IMG/VR virus record: IMGVR_UViG_3300017991_000064
Span: 42,875 to 106,874 of that record
Source: a virus
DNA length: 64,000 bases
Strand: one strand, 5' to 3'
The notes under the pieces were generated by a model. The model saw nothing but the letters and a program-made list of their open reading frames with translations, did not search any database and had not been told where the DNA came from. Shown piece after piece: positions 37,380 through 47,611 of the stretch. Position 1 is the first letter of the stretch; each line of letters opens with the position of its first letter. The position numbers and the translations under genes are program-made.

Positions 37380-37691
37380 TTACTCCACAGTTTCAGAAGG
37401 GTTGTTTACTTCGATCGCATCATCCAAGGTTGTATTTAATTCTGCTATATCAGAGACATATGGTATTTTTATAATCATACCTGGCACAACCTCGTTAATG
37501 GGATCCATAAGATTATTTACTTCAGCAATAATCCACCAGTATTCTTTGTCACCCAGATTACGTTGTGCAATAAGATCCAACCTACCCTGTTCGTCGCTAG
37601 CAACAGTAATCTCACTATAACCCTCTTTCCGGTAGGAGTATCGTTTCTTTTTGAAGAAGTCACCATCATTTAGTAATACAGCCCAACCCAT
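37380..37691 (-). CDS. LysM-like baseplate protein (gp53 / gpX-like)
   Basis: RLDLIAQRNLGDKEYWWIIAEVNNL.DP...PG..IKIP. Confidence 0.8.
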   Translation of the reverse strand: MGWAVLLNDGDFFKKKRYSYRKEGYSEITVASDEQGRLDLIAQRNLGDKEYWWIIAEVNNLMDPINEVVPGMIIKIPYVSDIAELNTTLDDAIEVNNPSETVE

Positions 37692-38344
37692 TATCTGGTC
37701 CTCCCTCTAAAGAAATCATCACCACGAGTGAGAAGGTTCTTCTTCCTGAATGAACAGTCTAGCTGAGCTAGGCCAAAGACACCGTCGTTCATTATCGGTA
37801 AGTAACATCTTCCCTGTATACGTGTTGGAAGAAGATTTACTAGATTTATCTGAGTTATACCCGGATCACCAATGAAAACATTGATGATTCTAAGTGGTTC
37901 AAATGCTCTACCCAAAGTACCCCAATCCCCATTGACAAAAGCGGCATTCAGAACATCCCAAGTTAAGCCACCTTTGTAACCAGCTGGGGGTACTATCCTT
38001 CCAGTACCTGAAGTTAGATCTACTCCGAACATTGAAGTGAGATCAACGATTTTGTCCATTACCTCACTTGCCCCATCTTCCTTGGCTCTAAAGAGAATTG
38101 AAATCTCAACCTCTGGTGGGGTAGCAGATTCCCAGGTTTCAACATATTGAAAACCAAATTGTGTCGTTGCTCCCCCGCCAAAGCCTATTTGTGCTGCAAT
38201 ATCAAAAATCCCCTTACTATTAGCAGAGAATGGTTTCTGATAAGAGTTAGAAATACTGAAGTCAAGAGAATCACTTTGAAGGATTCCTGTTACTTCAGTG
38301 ATTCCACCGGTTTCGGCATTTATTTCTTGAATTGTTGCTTTCAT
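37691..38344 (-). CDS. tail tube initiator / distal tube-fold protein
   Basis: Directly after the tape measure gene; tube-fold-like pattern (WES.TPP...I...F, PP, V.IG). Confidence 0.55.
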   Translation of the reverse strand: MKATIQEINAETGGITEVTGILQSDSLDFSISNSYQKPFSANSKGIFDIAAQIGFGGGATTQFGFQYVETWESATPPEVEISILFRAKEDGASEVMDKIVDLTSMFGVDLTSGTGRIVPPAGYKGGLTWDVLNAAFVNGDWGTLGRAFEPLRIINVFIGDPGITQINLVNLLPTRIQGRCYLPIMNDGVFGLAQLDCSFRKKNLLTRGDDFFRGRTR

Positions 38345-40759
38345 TTAGAATCCCTCCACTGGGATTGTGATGTCATCAATGTTCGTGGTTGGTTTCATCA
38401 CTTTCACCTCTAATGGATTCTGTCTTCCACCTGAAGAAGTTGCTTCCCCACCTCGTTTAATAGCATCCATGAACACTGCCATTTGTTCCCTATTCGCCCT
38501 AGCATATTCTTCAGCAGCATTACGTGACATACTTGTAACTTTCTGTAGTTGCGTAGCTTCCTCTTTGATCTTTATCTCATCAGCCGCTCTCTTCAAATTC
38601 TCGGTCATTGTATCACCAACTCTACCTACTTCGTCAAGAGACCTATCAACAATACTGTCCCTCATTTCTTTCACATTCATGGTAGCTTGTTCTAGAGCAT
38701 CTTGGTATGCTTGTGCTATTGCACGTTTATCTGCTATACCAGCTTCCTCAGCTTTGATCTTCTTAGTTAAACTTGCTTGTCGAATCCCTTCAGCAATGGC
38801 TACCCCGGGAATATAGCCTAGTGGGCTTTCCATCCGTTTCTTACTTTTAGCTAATTGTGATTTGAGATCCTCTAGAACTTTCTCTCGACCTTCGACTCCT
38901 ATCTCCAAAGCTTTTGTACTTTGTTCAACCTGAAATTTAGCTGCTTCCACCCCCTGAGTTTCAACAACTTTCTCAAGAGATGAAATAAGCTGTTTTGGTT
39001 CTTTAATGGCTTTCTCTTTTTGAAATTCTAACTGCTTCTTGGCCATTTCTTCTGCTTCTTTTAGGTTTTTGATATCATCAAACAATCCTTTAGCTTCCTT
39101 AAAGAGATTCTTCAACTGAACATATGCAAACCTGGAAACAAGGGCTACCCCTAGAATCTTGAGACCCCCGAGAAATAGACCAGAAGCAAGCATAGGCTGG
39201 ATCCATGACATCAGTTTCTGTTTGAGACTACCAACACCAAAGACCCCAGTGTCTTTTTCTTTACCTTCAAACTTTGAAGCTAAATCCCCCATTTCATCAG
39301 CAAACTGTTCTCTATTGGCTTCATTGATATCTTTAATAGCTCGCTCTGTTTGTTGCTGTTCTCTTTTCCGTGCTTCAATATCTCTTTCCCGAACCATCCC
39401 ATCAGCTATTAAAACATTCAGCGTCTCCTCATTTAACCCACGAATTGATTCAAGGGATTCCTTGACTTCCTGATCCCCAGACACCCTCTCTGTTTTCCGT
39501 GCTGCGGATAGAGAGGACTCAATGAATTGATTCGCCGCTGCTATAGCCTCATCATATGTTTTCCCTGCTTCTCGTGCATCCTTGAAGACCTCAGCCCCTT
39601 TTTCATAGATAGCAGCTCTCTCTTCCTCAGTAACAGGTTTAATTGTTACTCTAACAGACTTAGCAGCTCTGGTTCTCACCGAAGGAGTAGGTACCTCCTT
39701 AACCTGTTCTCTAGGTTGTTCAATCTCACCGAATGCTCCAGCAACCTTAGCTCTTTCTGTCCTTCGTCTTTCTCTCTCGGCCCTATCAGTCTGTTTCCTA
39801 AGAAACTGAAAGTTTGAAGTTGCTTCCTTAGCAAAGTCATAAAAACCACCAAAAGCAGAACGTCCCAACAGATCCTGAACATTCTCTTTATAGGCCTGGC
39901 TGATTACATCCGAGTAATCAATGAACAACTTTTTATTACGTTCAAAATCGATATTTCGCTGTTTCAGTTGATCTGATAGATAAGTTTCATAATCAACAGT
40001 CAGAACGCTATTTTTAGTCAGAGCATTCTTCACATCTTCGTTGATTTCCTTGGAGGCCAGAATCTCCTTTCTCATTCTACTCTGCTCATCCAAAAGATCA
40101 AACATAGCCTTTGTTCGCTGTTGACTAAATTTAATACTAGGATCAACAAATTCCGCTATCTCTTTACTTAACTTCGTAAGGAGATTGCTATAGTTTTGAA
40201 GAGTCTCGTTATTCTGTAGAAGAGCGGTGTCCAACCGTGTAATTCTCTTCACCTCTTTGGAAATGTCTAAACCCACATCCTTGAAAACCCTCAAGGATGC
40301 CTGGATTACTTCATAACTCTGACCAGTAATAGCAGATAGATCAACAACAGATTCTGTAACATCATTAGTCCCAACCTTCGCTTCCTGGATACCTAAAGCA
40401 ATGGTAGACTTTAACTCATTCAGTAAGTCTCTAACCTCTGAGAGTCTTTCACTATTCCTCTGCTGCGTATCAGCACTAGTATCTGAGATATTTTCAGATA
40501 GCTCCATACCTAAGGAATCAATTACGCTTGAAAGAAGACCTAGCGATTTTTGCATCTGAACACTAGCATCTAAGCGTACGATAGCTTCCTTCATGCTTGT
40601 CTCAATCTCACCGAGCCTCACTTCGATATTAATAAGGTGGGTGCTTATTGATCCACCACCTTCAGGAATCATATCTCTAATAGACTGAGTAATTCCTTTA
40701 GTGAGTCCCCGAAGTAACCTTCTCAGGTCAATTCCTACACTTTCAAAGATTGAGAACAT
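38345..40759 (-). CDS. tape measure protein
   Basis: 804 aa helical/coiled-coil protein with a hydrophobic segment (LASGLFLGGLKILGVALVSRF), located between the chaperone and baseplate genes. Confidence 0.7.
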   Translation of the reverse strand: MFSIFESVGIDLRRLLRGLTKGITQSIRDMIPEGGGSISTHLINIEVRLGEIETSMKEAIVRLDASVQMQKSLGLLSSVIDSLGMELSENISDTSADTQQRNSERLSEVRDLLNELKSTIALGIQEAKVGTNDVTESVVDLSAITGQSYEVIQASLRVFKDVGLDISKEVKRITRLDTALLQNNETLQNYSNLLTKLSKEIAEFVDPSIKFSQQRTKAMFDLLDEQSRMRKEILASKEINEDVKNALTKNSVLTVDYETYLSDQLKQRNIDFERNKKLFIDYSDVISQAYKENVQDLLGRSAFGGFYDFAKEATSNFQFLRKQTDRAERERRRTERAKVAGAFGEIEQPREQVKEVPTPSVRTRAAKSVRVTIKPVTEEERAAIYEKGAEVFKDAREAGKTYDEAIAAANQFIESSLSAARKTERVSGDQEVKESLESIRGLNEETLNVLIADGMVRERDIEARKREQQQTERAIKDINEANREQFADEMGDLASKFEGKEKDTGVFGVGSLKQKLMSWIQPMLASGLFLGGLKILGVALVSRFAYVQLKNLFKEAKGLFDDIKNLKEAEEMAKKQLEFQKEKAIKEPKQLISSLEKVVETQGVEAAKFQVEQSTKALEIGVEGREKVLEDLKSQLAKSKKRMESPLGYIPGVAIAEGIRQASLTKKIKAEEAGIADKRAIAQAYQDALEQATMNVKEMRDSIVDRSLDEVGRVGDTMTENLKRAADEIKIKEEATQLQKVTSMSRNAAEEYARANREQMAVFMDAIKRGGEATSSGGRQNPLEVKVMKPTTNIDDITIPVEGF

Positions 40760-40764
40760 TTATA

Positions 40765-40941
40765 CTATCTCCTCCGTTGATTTTGCTCTTTCCTTCTTTC
40801 AATGGTTTTATTTGCAACTTCATTTAGGTCGGTAGGTTCCGACTCTAAGATATCGTTGAGACTCATCTTCATTAACTCATTCAGAATACTTAGATTCTTG
40901 TAGAATGAGTCATGACTATATAAACGTAGTAATCTCTCGAA
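40765..40941 (-). CDS. start-less gp51-like chaperone extension, probably reached by +1 frameshift from 40916-41665 (not in ORF track)
   Basis: The +1 frame is open from the CCC TTT CGA site: FERLLRLYSHDSFYKNLSILNELMKMSLNDILESEPTDLNEVANKTIERRKEQNQRRR*. It ends 5 nt before the TMP ATG and has no start codon before the conserved part. Confidence 0.65.
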   Translation of the reverse strand, partial: FERLLRLYSHDSFYKNLSILNELMKMSLNDILESEPTDLNEVANKTIERRKEQNQRRR

Positions 40942-41665
40942 AGGGTATTCGTAGCGACACCTCCTGGTCGCATTTAGAACAGGTCTTTTTCATTGTAGCG
41001 GGAAGACCGTAGGACATCATTCGTCCTATCATCTGCTTTATGGGAACATACCATTGATAATCAAAGTCGTTCTCAACCATTTCGAATCTCTCATCTAGAG
41101 TAGTTGACCTCTCTGTAATAAGACAGGCGGCTGCTCTTAGTTTAACCTCTTCCATGAACAGATCATCAAGAGCCTCATCATAAGCAACTGAGTTGACATC
41201 CTCTGGGAGATTGTTTTTCATCTCTTCAGTTCTAGCAAGGATCTCAGCAAGATCGCCCACTCTCAGGAACGTGAATTTATGCTTATCGACCCTAAATTCC
41301 TTTCCATCGTATGGTATTGGAACTAGCTCAGAGAGATCAAGAATATCAGTGTTTTCTACACCACAATCACATTCCCACCCAAAGGTGTAGAGATTCCCCT
41401 CTGGGATGGAAGCCATTCTGATAGCCACCGCTAAGAAATCAAAATCCACTACGGCGAGATTTGACATCTTCTCTAGTCCCTCAATAGCTACAACCTCTTG
41501 AAAGACTTCCACCATAGCTTCATACTTGATGGCCCTAGGCATCTCTTTCTTCTGAAATTTAGCAAGGTGTTTCTGGTGTTTCATCTTGATCCCAGTAAAC
41601 AAAGCCTCGTTTCCATAAATACTCCCATTTGTAGGAAGCATAAGAATAAGATCTGACATTGTCAC
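40916..41665 (-). CDS. tail/baseplate assembly chaperone (T4 gp26-like)
   Basis: LPT.G..Y, D.DFL...IR.AS, CDC and CSKC zinc motifs; lies directly upstream of the TMP. Confidence 0.7.
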   Translation of the reverse strand: MTMSDLILMLPTNGSIYGNEALFTGIKMKHQKHLAKFQKKEMPRAIKYEAMVEVFQEVVAIEGLEKMSNLAVVDFDFLAVAIRMASIPEGNLYTFGWECDCGVENTDILDLSELVPIPYDGKEFRVDKHKFTFLRVGDLAEILARTEEMKNNLPEDVNSVAYDEALDDLFMEEVKLRAAACLITERSTTLDERFEMVENDFDYQWYVPIKQMIGRMMSYGLPATMKKTCSKCDQEVSLRIPFREITTFI

Positions 41666-41676
41666 CTACCTCCGCT

Positions 41677-42180
41677 TTAACCAGTTACTCTCTCAGCGTG
41701 AACCTCGAAGGTACCAGTTAGTTTGTATACTTGGTTTCTGTCCTCTCCCATTCTAGGATGAGATAAGGATGATAAAAATCCTGTGTATGTAAAAGTCTTA
41801 AAGACCTGATTTCCAGTTTGTTCATAGATATATATAGAGAGATCCCTCTGATATTCCACAGGATAATTAAGCAGACCGTCTTTGGTTCTATTACTTCTAA
41901 CCCAAGTATCAAAGTAGTTTAGAATCTCTGCTTTTTGTTCATCCGTGATTAACACATCGAATGAAATATCAGTTCTTTGCTCATTCAAAGGAACCTTAAT
42001 TTGCTCTGAAGCTTCATTCCTGATGTTATTAGTATTAAACTCCTTGGATGGAACCCCAATCTTCACTATAAGGTTCTCAATATTTAGGTCCTGAAATTCC
42101 ACGCGGTACTTGTAACACTTAAGAAATGACATGAGTAGGGTGGGGGAAAAGACCCCCACCCCAGCGTTTCTCGATGCCAT
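41677..42180 (-). CDS. tail tube-like protein (gp19/gp54-like paralogue)
   Basis: Y.V.F...VPS...YF.TW...YP.EY..D..IY.Y tube-fold pattern; follows the sheath gene. Confidence 0.6.
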   Translation of the reverse strand: MASRNAGVGVFSPTLLMSFLKCYKYRVEFQDLNIENLIVKIGVPSKEFNTNNIRNEASEQIKVPLNEQRTDISFDVLITDEQKAEILNYFDTWVRSNRTKDGLLNYPVEYQRDLSIYIYEQTGNQVFKTFTYTGFLSSLSHPRMGEDRNQVYKLTGTFEVHAERVTG

Positions 42181-44081
42181 TAAGCTACACCTTCAGTTAC
42201 GAACACTGAAGAAGGAGCAACAACAACCTTAACATACAGATTCTTAATCAACCGAGTAGGTGACATATAGAATTCTGCATTGAGATCTTCAGAATCAAGA
42301 TCGTTGATGTCAAGGTCACATTTAGGGTCTGGTGATGTCTCAAGTATGGCTTCCTGAGCAACCAACCAATCCCTCTCTTCCTTCAGTACACCCTGGAACC
42401 TAGCTATCCTCGTGGGAGTCAGATACTTAAATCTGAATCCAACAGCCAGGTTCCTTATCCTTCGTTTCACATAGTTGAGAAGCAATCTGATTGCAATAGA
42501 CTGAGCATAGCCTTCCTTCGGGTGGGAGGTGAACTCAGTCTCAACCACATTGCCAACCCCAGTGAAGTACCGAACCGGGTTAATCTCAGCATCAGCAAGG
42601 GATTCAGCTTCAGATTCTGTAAGAATCCTTTCTACCGTCCCCATGAGTTTGAAATCATCCCCAATAGGCACCTGGAAGATGCTATAGTTCGGATCGAGGA
42701 ACAAAGGCTGCATTGCAGATGAAGCATAGAGCGGTACATCGCTGATATCATTGTCCACATCCTCAAAGGATAGATTCGGATAATACCAACAACTGTACTT
42801 CGAATCTATACCTGTTCCCTCCTTGTGGGTGATAGCATCAGCAGGTATTGTCCCCCATGGAATTGAAAGAACTGCAATTGACTGTTCAGCTGTTTCGCAG
42901 ATTGATTCAATCTTCTGTTGGATAGTAGACGTCGTGTAACCACAGTCAGGAAAGCAATGTGGTTTCAGAGCTGCCAGATCAGACAGATAATCCAGAGCAG
43001 TTACAATGTCACCAGCAGCGGGTTCTGAACCATTGTCTCCCCCACCAAACAGAAGCTGTGTTGCCTGAGCTTCTGGTAGTACAGTTTCAGCAATGACATC
43101 ATTGTTGATAACATTGATATATGCACTCTTTCCATTTATCTTGTCTTCAATGAACTGACTCCGACCAAAACCATCCTTCTTGTTGGTATTCCTAGATACC
43201 TCATATTCCTCAAGGAACTCATAGGTTGCCAGGTCACTGTCATACCGATAGACAGAAAGAACAAAGGTTTCATCGGTTGCATCAACACCAGTAACAGTTA
43301 CCGCCAGGTTGTTGTCAACCTGGCCCCAATACTTTCCGACCACCAGGAAAAGCTCGTTAGCCTGGAAAACGTAGGTATTGGGATCAAGGAGACCAGTTGT
43401 TAAGGCATGATTACCAAAACCATCTGGGTCAACATCAAAAGTGAAACCAGCACCAGATACATCATTCGGGGCAGCTAGTACCACACCCTTGTTGGCATTG
43501 GTTACTGTTACCTCAGCCGCCGGTGGGTTAGGAGCAGAGAAGTCTGCTTCAGCATCGAGGGCTGTAGCTACAGCATCTGCAACATCATTGGCAGTATCAG
43601 CGGTACTAATGCTAACCTTTACATTCTCCACATTGTCAGCACTATCATCCGGCTCATTGGTACCTGCGGCATCAATATCAAACCATACCTGATAGGTTGT
43701 TGATGGAGAACTGATAGTAAAGTAATCACCCTGACTGATGGCAGCTTCTGCAACACAAGTTACATCGGTTACCTCAGCAACCGGTGAATCCTTGGATACG
43801 ATTATTGCACCACCAGCAAGCATCCCATCGGCTATTCTCATACACCAGGTGGGTGCCTTAGCAATTGCTGCCATTGCAGCGTAGTAGAACTTGGTATCAA
43901 AACCACGAGCAGCTCCACCGAAGATCCTTACGAAATCACTCTGCTTCTCAAGAAGCATAGGTGTAAATGGCTGGCCCTGTTTTGCATAACCGAAGGCTAC
44001 ACCATACTTACCCAGATCACGTGAGGCTTTATTCGGTTCGACGATTTGCTCAATGATCTTCAGTTCAGGAAGTTTTCCCAT
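42180..44081 (-). CDS. contractile tail sheath protein
   Basis: G.A..GQPF.P...FV.IFG N-terminus, INPV.YF.G.G and IRLLL..KR C-terminal sheath motifs; acidic insertion domain. Confidence 0.9.
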   Translation of the reverse strand: MGKLPELKIIEQIVEPNKASRDLGKYGVAFGYAKQGQPFTPMLLEKQSDFVRIFGGAARGFDTKFYYAAMAAIAKAPTWCMRIADGMLAGGAIIVSKDSPVAEVTDVTCVAEAAISQGDYFTISSPSTTYQVWFDIDAAGTNEPDDSADNVENVKVSISTADTANDVADAVATALDAEADFSAPNPPAAEVTVTNANKGVVLAAPNDVSGAGFTFDVDPDGFGNHALTTGLLDPNTYVFQANELFLVVGKYWGQVDNNLAVTVTGVDATDETFVLSVYRYDSDLATYEFLEEYEVSRNTNKKDGFGRSQFIEDKINGKSAYINVINNDVIAETVLPEAQATQLLFGGGDNGSEPAAGDIVTALDYLSDLAALKPHCFPDCGYTTSTIQQKIESICETAEQSIAVLSIPWGTIPADAITHKEGTGIDSKYSCWYYPNLSFEDVDNDISDVPLYASSAMQPLFLDPNYSIFQVPIGDDFKLMGTVERILTESEAESLADAEINPVRYFTGVGNVVETEFTSHPKEGYAQSIAIRLLLNYVKRRIRNLAVGFRFKYLTPTRIARFQGVLKEERDWLVAQEAILETSPDPKCDLDINDLDSEDLNAEFYMSPTRLIKNLYVKVVVAPSSVFVTEGVA

Positions 44082-44116
44082 TTTCTTTTACCTCCTTTAT
44101 TTTCCTGAAATCGTCA

Positions 44117-44653
44117 TCACGAATGCAGATAGATATCATACAGCCACGTGATACTCAGATCCACCTTAGCTGTCTTGTCTGCGTAGTCAAGGTTCGTATC
44201 TGGATTTGAGGACGGCTGAGCATTCTTCAGAGTGTAGGTCATGTAAGCCTCATCTGCATCACTAAGAGCCTGTAACAACCTTAGCTGAATGTCAACAACC
44301 CTATCTTCCTTGCGAACTGCTTCACCAGTTTCTGGATCAAAAGATAGATCGAGCCAGGATTCAATGATCTTCAGTACTGAACCATCTATAGTTTCAGTGA
44401 AATTACAAGTCCAGTTGTGTTCATAAGAGGGAGCACCAGTGTCTGTAATCTCAATTCCCATGTAGTTATCAATGATTGGTTCCATTGACCGTTTAGGAAT
44501 TGTAAGACTCCTGACCCTCAACCTAAGAACATCTGGAGCATTGGGAACAATACCTGCTATTGCAGATGGTAGCCGGGGAAAAGACAGTTCCCATAGGAAA
44601 CCTTTTGCTACCGTTCCAAGGCCCTGGACCAAAGAGAAAGGAACTCTTGGCAT
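44117..44653 (-). CDS. major tail tube protein (T4 gp19-like)
   Basis: WELSF...LRVRSLTIP...Y.G....G..SY...WT.NF.E..D...W...Y.L.NA.P...LDY pattern. Confidence 0.8.
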   Translation of the reverse strand: MPRVPFSLVQGLGTVAKGFLWELSFPRLPSAIAGIVPNAPDVLRLRVRSLTIPKRSMEPIIDNYMGIEITDTGAPSYEHNWTCNFTETIDGSVLKIIESWLDLSFDPETGEAVRKEDRVVDIQLRLLQALSDADEAYMTYTLKNAQPSSNPDTNLDYADKTAKVDLSITWLYDIYLHS

Positions 44654-44697
44654 GTTTGCTCCTCCTTTGTGAATTTAGGCGAAAGTAAATTTAATCG

Positions 44698-44712
44698 TAG
44701 AGATATCCAATG
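44698..44712 (-). promoter_or_regulatory. candidate late promoter/regulatory 15-mer upstream of the tail tube gene
   Basis: CATTGGATATCTCTA, 14/15 identical to the motif upstream of the capsid gene. Confidence 0.5.
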
Positions 44713-44752
44713 GGGTGTCACCCTTTGGTGACCTGTGGTGGGGTGTTAATTT

Positions 44753-44793
44753 TTCAATAGCGGTACCAAATTTTCATCCTGGCACCTATGATT
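44753..44793 (-). repeat. dispersed intergenic element, copy 4 (5' half)
   Basis: Exact 41 nt reverse-complement match to 5312-5352. Confidence 0.9.
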
Positions 44794-44802
44794 CAATGAT
44801 AT

Positions 44803-45459
44803 CTATGGTGCATCCCAATGAATTGTTTCATCGGTAACATGAAGTGCACCAAGATAAAGATCAACATTAATGTGTTTGATCTGCTTCCAAGCTTGAAGTT
44901 TTCTTATATATCCTTCCACCTCCATCGTTGTATTTATACCAAATCGATAACCTACATTGTATTCATCTCCTTCTCGATTAATATTAAGGTTATCAGCGTA
45001 GGTTAGCCAATAGAAGTACCAAAAGTCTGTGTACTCGGGATCCTGAATACAGAACTTATTCTGATCCTCCTGGTTGATATCATTCCCAGCAAACATGATC
45101 TCCAACATAAAATCATCCAGCATGGTCATATCATCAGAGAGTATGTTAAGGTCATACTCAACCAGTACTGGAAGTAATTTTACAGCAGGTGGGAGATCAC
45201 CTGGATCGTACACTGCTGTCAACTCTTCTAATGATGCACCTGAGTGAACCATTGGGAAATTGGCAGCTTCTGTCATCTTCCTAACACCAGTTTTTCTGAA
45301 CCAGAAGATAGGAAACTGTTTGTTATCATACTGAGCTAAAGCTTTTCTTAATGCTGTCTCACTCTCAGCATAAACAACCTTAGGTGGATTCCCACAAGTT
45401 CCAGGAACACGAATTGATTCGTATATCTGCCTAATTTCATTATTGATCAGTAGGAACAT
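44803..45459 (-). CDS. tail terminator / sheath stabiliser (T4 gp15-like)
   Basis: FP...F...G, P..VEYDLNI.S and VEGYI pattern; located upstream of the tube gene. Confidence 0.55.
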   Translation of the reverse strand: MFLLINNEIRQIYESIRVPGTCGNPPKVVYAESETALRKALAQYDNKQFPIFWFRKTGVRKMTEAANFPMVHSGASLEELTAVYDPGDLPPAVKLLPVLVEYDLNILSDDMTMLDDFMLEIMFAGNDINQEDQNKFCIQDPEYTDFWYFYWLTYADNLNINREGDEYNVGYRFGINTTMEVEGYIRKLQAWKQIKHINVDLYLGALHVTDETIHWDAP

Positions 45460-45880
45460 TACTTGCCTCCATACTAATCTTCTTTAGATAGTATTTATCA
45501 AGATCATCAGAGTCTGTTATGCTATCTCTGTATAGAGCCTCAGCTTCCTGCGAAGTACAACCATACCCACGATAAACGGGGATCATCTCGTTTGGAATAG
45601 AAGACCTGAACCATTCTCCAAGCTCTTCAAAGTAAGGAAAAAGAAGCACAACCTCTATATAGTTCTCCATCAACTTCTTCTGTGAAAATTTTCCATCATT
45701 CTCTTGTCTCTCTATAAACTTACCGTAGAACAATAAGAATTTACTGAAATCTATGTTGGGAAGAACCTTGAGTATGTTGTTTAGTTCATCTTCATCACCT
45801 AAGATATCCATGAGTTTTTGGCGTACATTATCATCAATCTTTGTAATGGTCATAATCTGTGGATACTGTTTTTCGCTCAT
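45440..45880 (-). CDS. hypothetical protein
   Basis: 146 aa ORF overlapping its neighbours in the operon. Confidence 0.5.
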   Translation of the reverse strand: MSEKQYPQIMTITKIDDNVRQKLMDILGDEDELNNILKVLPNIDFSKFLLFYGKFIERQENDGKFSQKKLMENYIEVVLLFPYFEELGEWFRSSIPNEMIPVYRGYGCTSQEAEALYRDSITDSDDLDKYYLKKISMEASNVPTDQ

Positions 45881-46998
45881 TTGAAGTTTCCTTGTATGGT
45901 TTCACCACCGGGATTCGAATCCATCATTACTTTCTCAAAAGCTTTCGATCGAGCTCCACTGTTATCAGCTTCCTCATTTATAGCATCCAGAAGATTAATC
46001 CTTCCAGGTTCTGTCTCCCTTGGTGGTTGTTCCTCGGTTTCTTCAATTTCATCACCTTCTGGTGCTTTGGGTTTTAGTGAACCCCAGGATGAGATTGGTT
46101 CGCTATCGTTCTCCAGGACCTCTCTACGTTTTGAAAGATATCCTGTGGAGGTGTATGATTCTTCAGGTCTTGACCGAGGAAGGCGGGTTAGAGTATCTCC
46201 CACTTCAGCATTTTCACCTATGAAACCTTGATGAACCACGTTTTCTAGGTTGAAGCTTTCGAGTATATCCTCATCTACAACATAGAAGTTTTTCTTAAAG
46301 ATAAGGTTAACAGCTCTGGGATCTGCTACCACGCGTTTGATGGTTTTTCTACCTACTCTCGTAAAGGAATCAACCCCATTACCCATAACCTTCGAACTGG
46401 TAGTTTCACCGGTAAAGAAAGGCTTTCCTGTCAGACTTCTACTGTTTGCAATGTAAGGATTGCTCTTAAAGAATTCGATCAGTTCCTTGAATAACCTTGA
46501 AGATATTCGCTTATTCCAATGGATACCTAGGTATGAATCCTCAGTGTGTTCCCACCATAGGCAATAAATTGTGGTCCCATACTCGAACTGTTGTTCAATG
46601 TTCATCTTGGCTGAAACGTCATTCCACTCATCGAAGTACTTTTTTCCCCGTTTATTGACTAACCTTCTCTGAACCTCGAATGTACCCCCATGATCAGGTT
46701 GAATACCATGAATCTGCATCTGGTAAGCATGTATCATTTCATGAGCCAGAATCATAACTAGAGTAGCTTCATCCTTGGCCGCTAGTTTGTTCACCACAAT
46801 TGCTTCAGAACCTGGTACTAAAGTATACCCCCCTTGGCCATCAGGTCTTGCAGAAGATCGATACGTTCCCCCACTTTTCCTTTTTGTACCTACTGAGGTT
46901 CTAAAAGTAATCTGTTCAATGTTTAGCGTACTATTGAATAGTTTCTGATTCAGCTCTCTTGCTAACTCTTTTAGTTTCCTACCGGTTATCTTAAACAT
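45877..46998 (-). CDS. SprT-like zinc metalloprotease
   Basis: LN..LFNS.L, ILAHEMIH (HExxH) and downstream HGGTF. Confidence 0.75.
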   Translation of the reverse strand: MFKITGRKLKELARELNQKLFNSTLNIEQITFRTSVGTKRKSGGTYRSSARPDGQGGYTLVPGSEAIVVNKLAAKDEATLVMILAHEMIHAYQMQIHGIQPDHGGTFEVQRRLVNKRGKKYFDEWNDVSAKMNIEQQFEYGTTIYCLWWEHTEDSYLGIHWNKRISSRLFKELIEFFKSNPYIANSRSLTGKPFFTGETTSSKVMGNGVDSFTRVGRKTIKRVVADPRAVNLIFKKNFYVVDEDILESFNLENVVHQGFIGENAEVGDTLTRLPRSRPEESYTSTGYLSKRREVLENDSEPISSWGSLKPKAPEGDEIEETEEQPPRETEPGRINLLDAINEEADNSGARSKAFEKVMMDSNPGGETIQGNFK

Positions 46999-47611
46999 AC
47001 TTCTGTCTCCATCTTTTTAGAATCCGTAGGGTATTGAATGGTAGAACATCAAGTACTAGTTGCATATGTTTACAATACATACCCCTGAGTTTTGGATTCC
47101 TCTGATCGGGATACCGATCCTCCTCTCTTCCGGGAATGATTGAGTCTAGGTCGGTATTGATGTATTGAAAACCCCAGTAAAGAAATGATGGACATGAACA
47201 GTAGATCTCAATGTCTCCAGAATTTATCGCTAACTCAAAGACATCACGAAGTGTTAGCTTCCCTGCTTCATATTCTTCTAAGAGATTGTCGAGATCAACC
47301 AACCTAACTCTTTGAGTATATTCTCTACCGGTCTCAGCAAACTTGGAAGATTTGGTTCTGAAAACAATTGTATCCTTCGAGATTCCAACTAACCTTGTGG
47401 TGGTCAGTTCTTTAACCCTTTCTGCCTGCTTCAAGAAAGAAGGATCATTCATTAGTTCGAGTTCGTGTCTGTTTAATTCATTAACTGACCGAAGTAAGTT
47501 GAAAAAAGCAGCCTGATCCGAGATCGTCGGTATTCTTACATAACCTTTGCTCTCAACTAGCTCAGTTAACTCCCGAACCAGATACTCATGAAAATCTGTC
47601 ATCTTCATCAC
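46991..47611 (-). CDS. SWIM-type zinc-finger protein (paralogue 1)
   Basis: CSCPSFLYWG...RNP...GMYCKH. Confidence 0.7.
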   Translation of the reverse strand: MMKMTDFHEYLVRELTELVESKGYVRIPTISDQAAFFNLLRSVNELNRHELELMNDPSFLKQAERVKELTTTRLVGISKDTIVFRTKSSKFAETGREYTQRVRLVDLDNLLEEYEAGKLTLRDVFELAINSGDIEIYCSCPSFLYWGFQYINTDLDSIIPGREEDRYPDQRNPKLRGMYCKHMQLVLDVLPFNTLRILKRWRQKYV

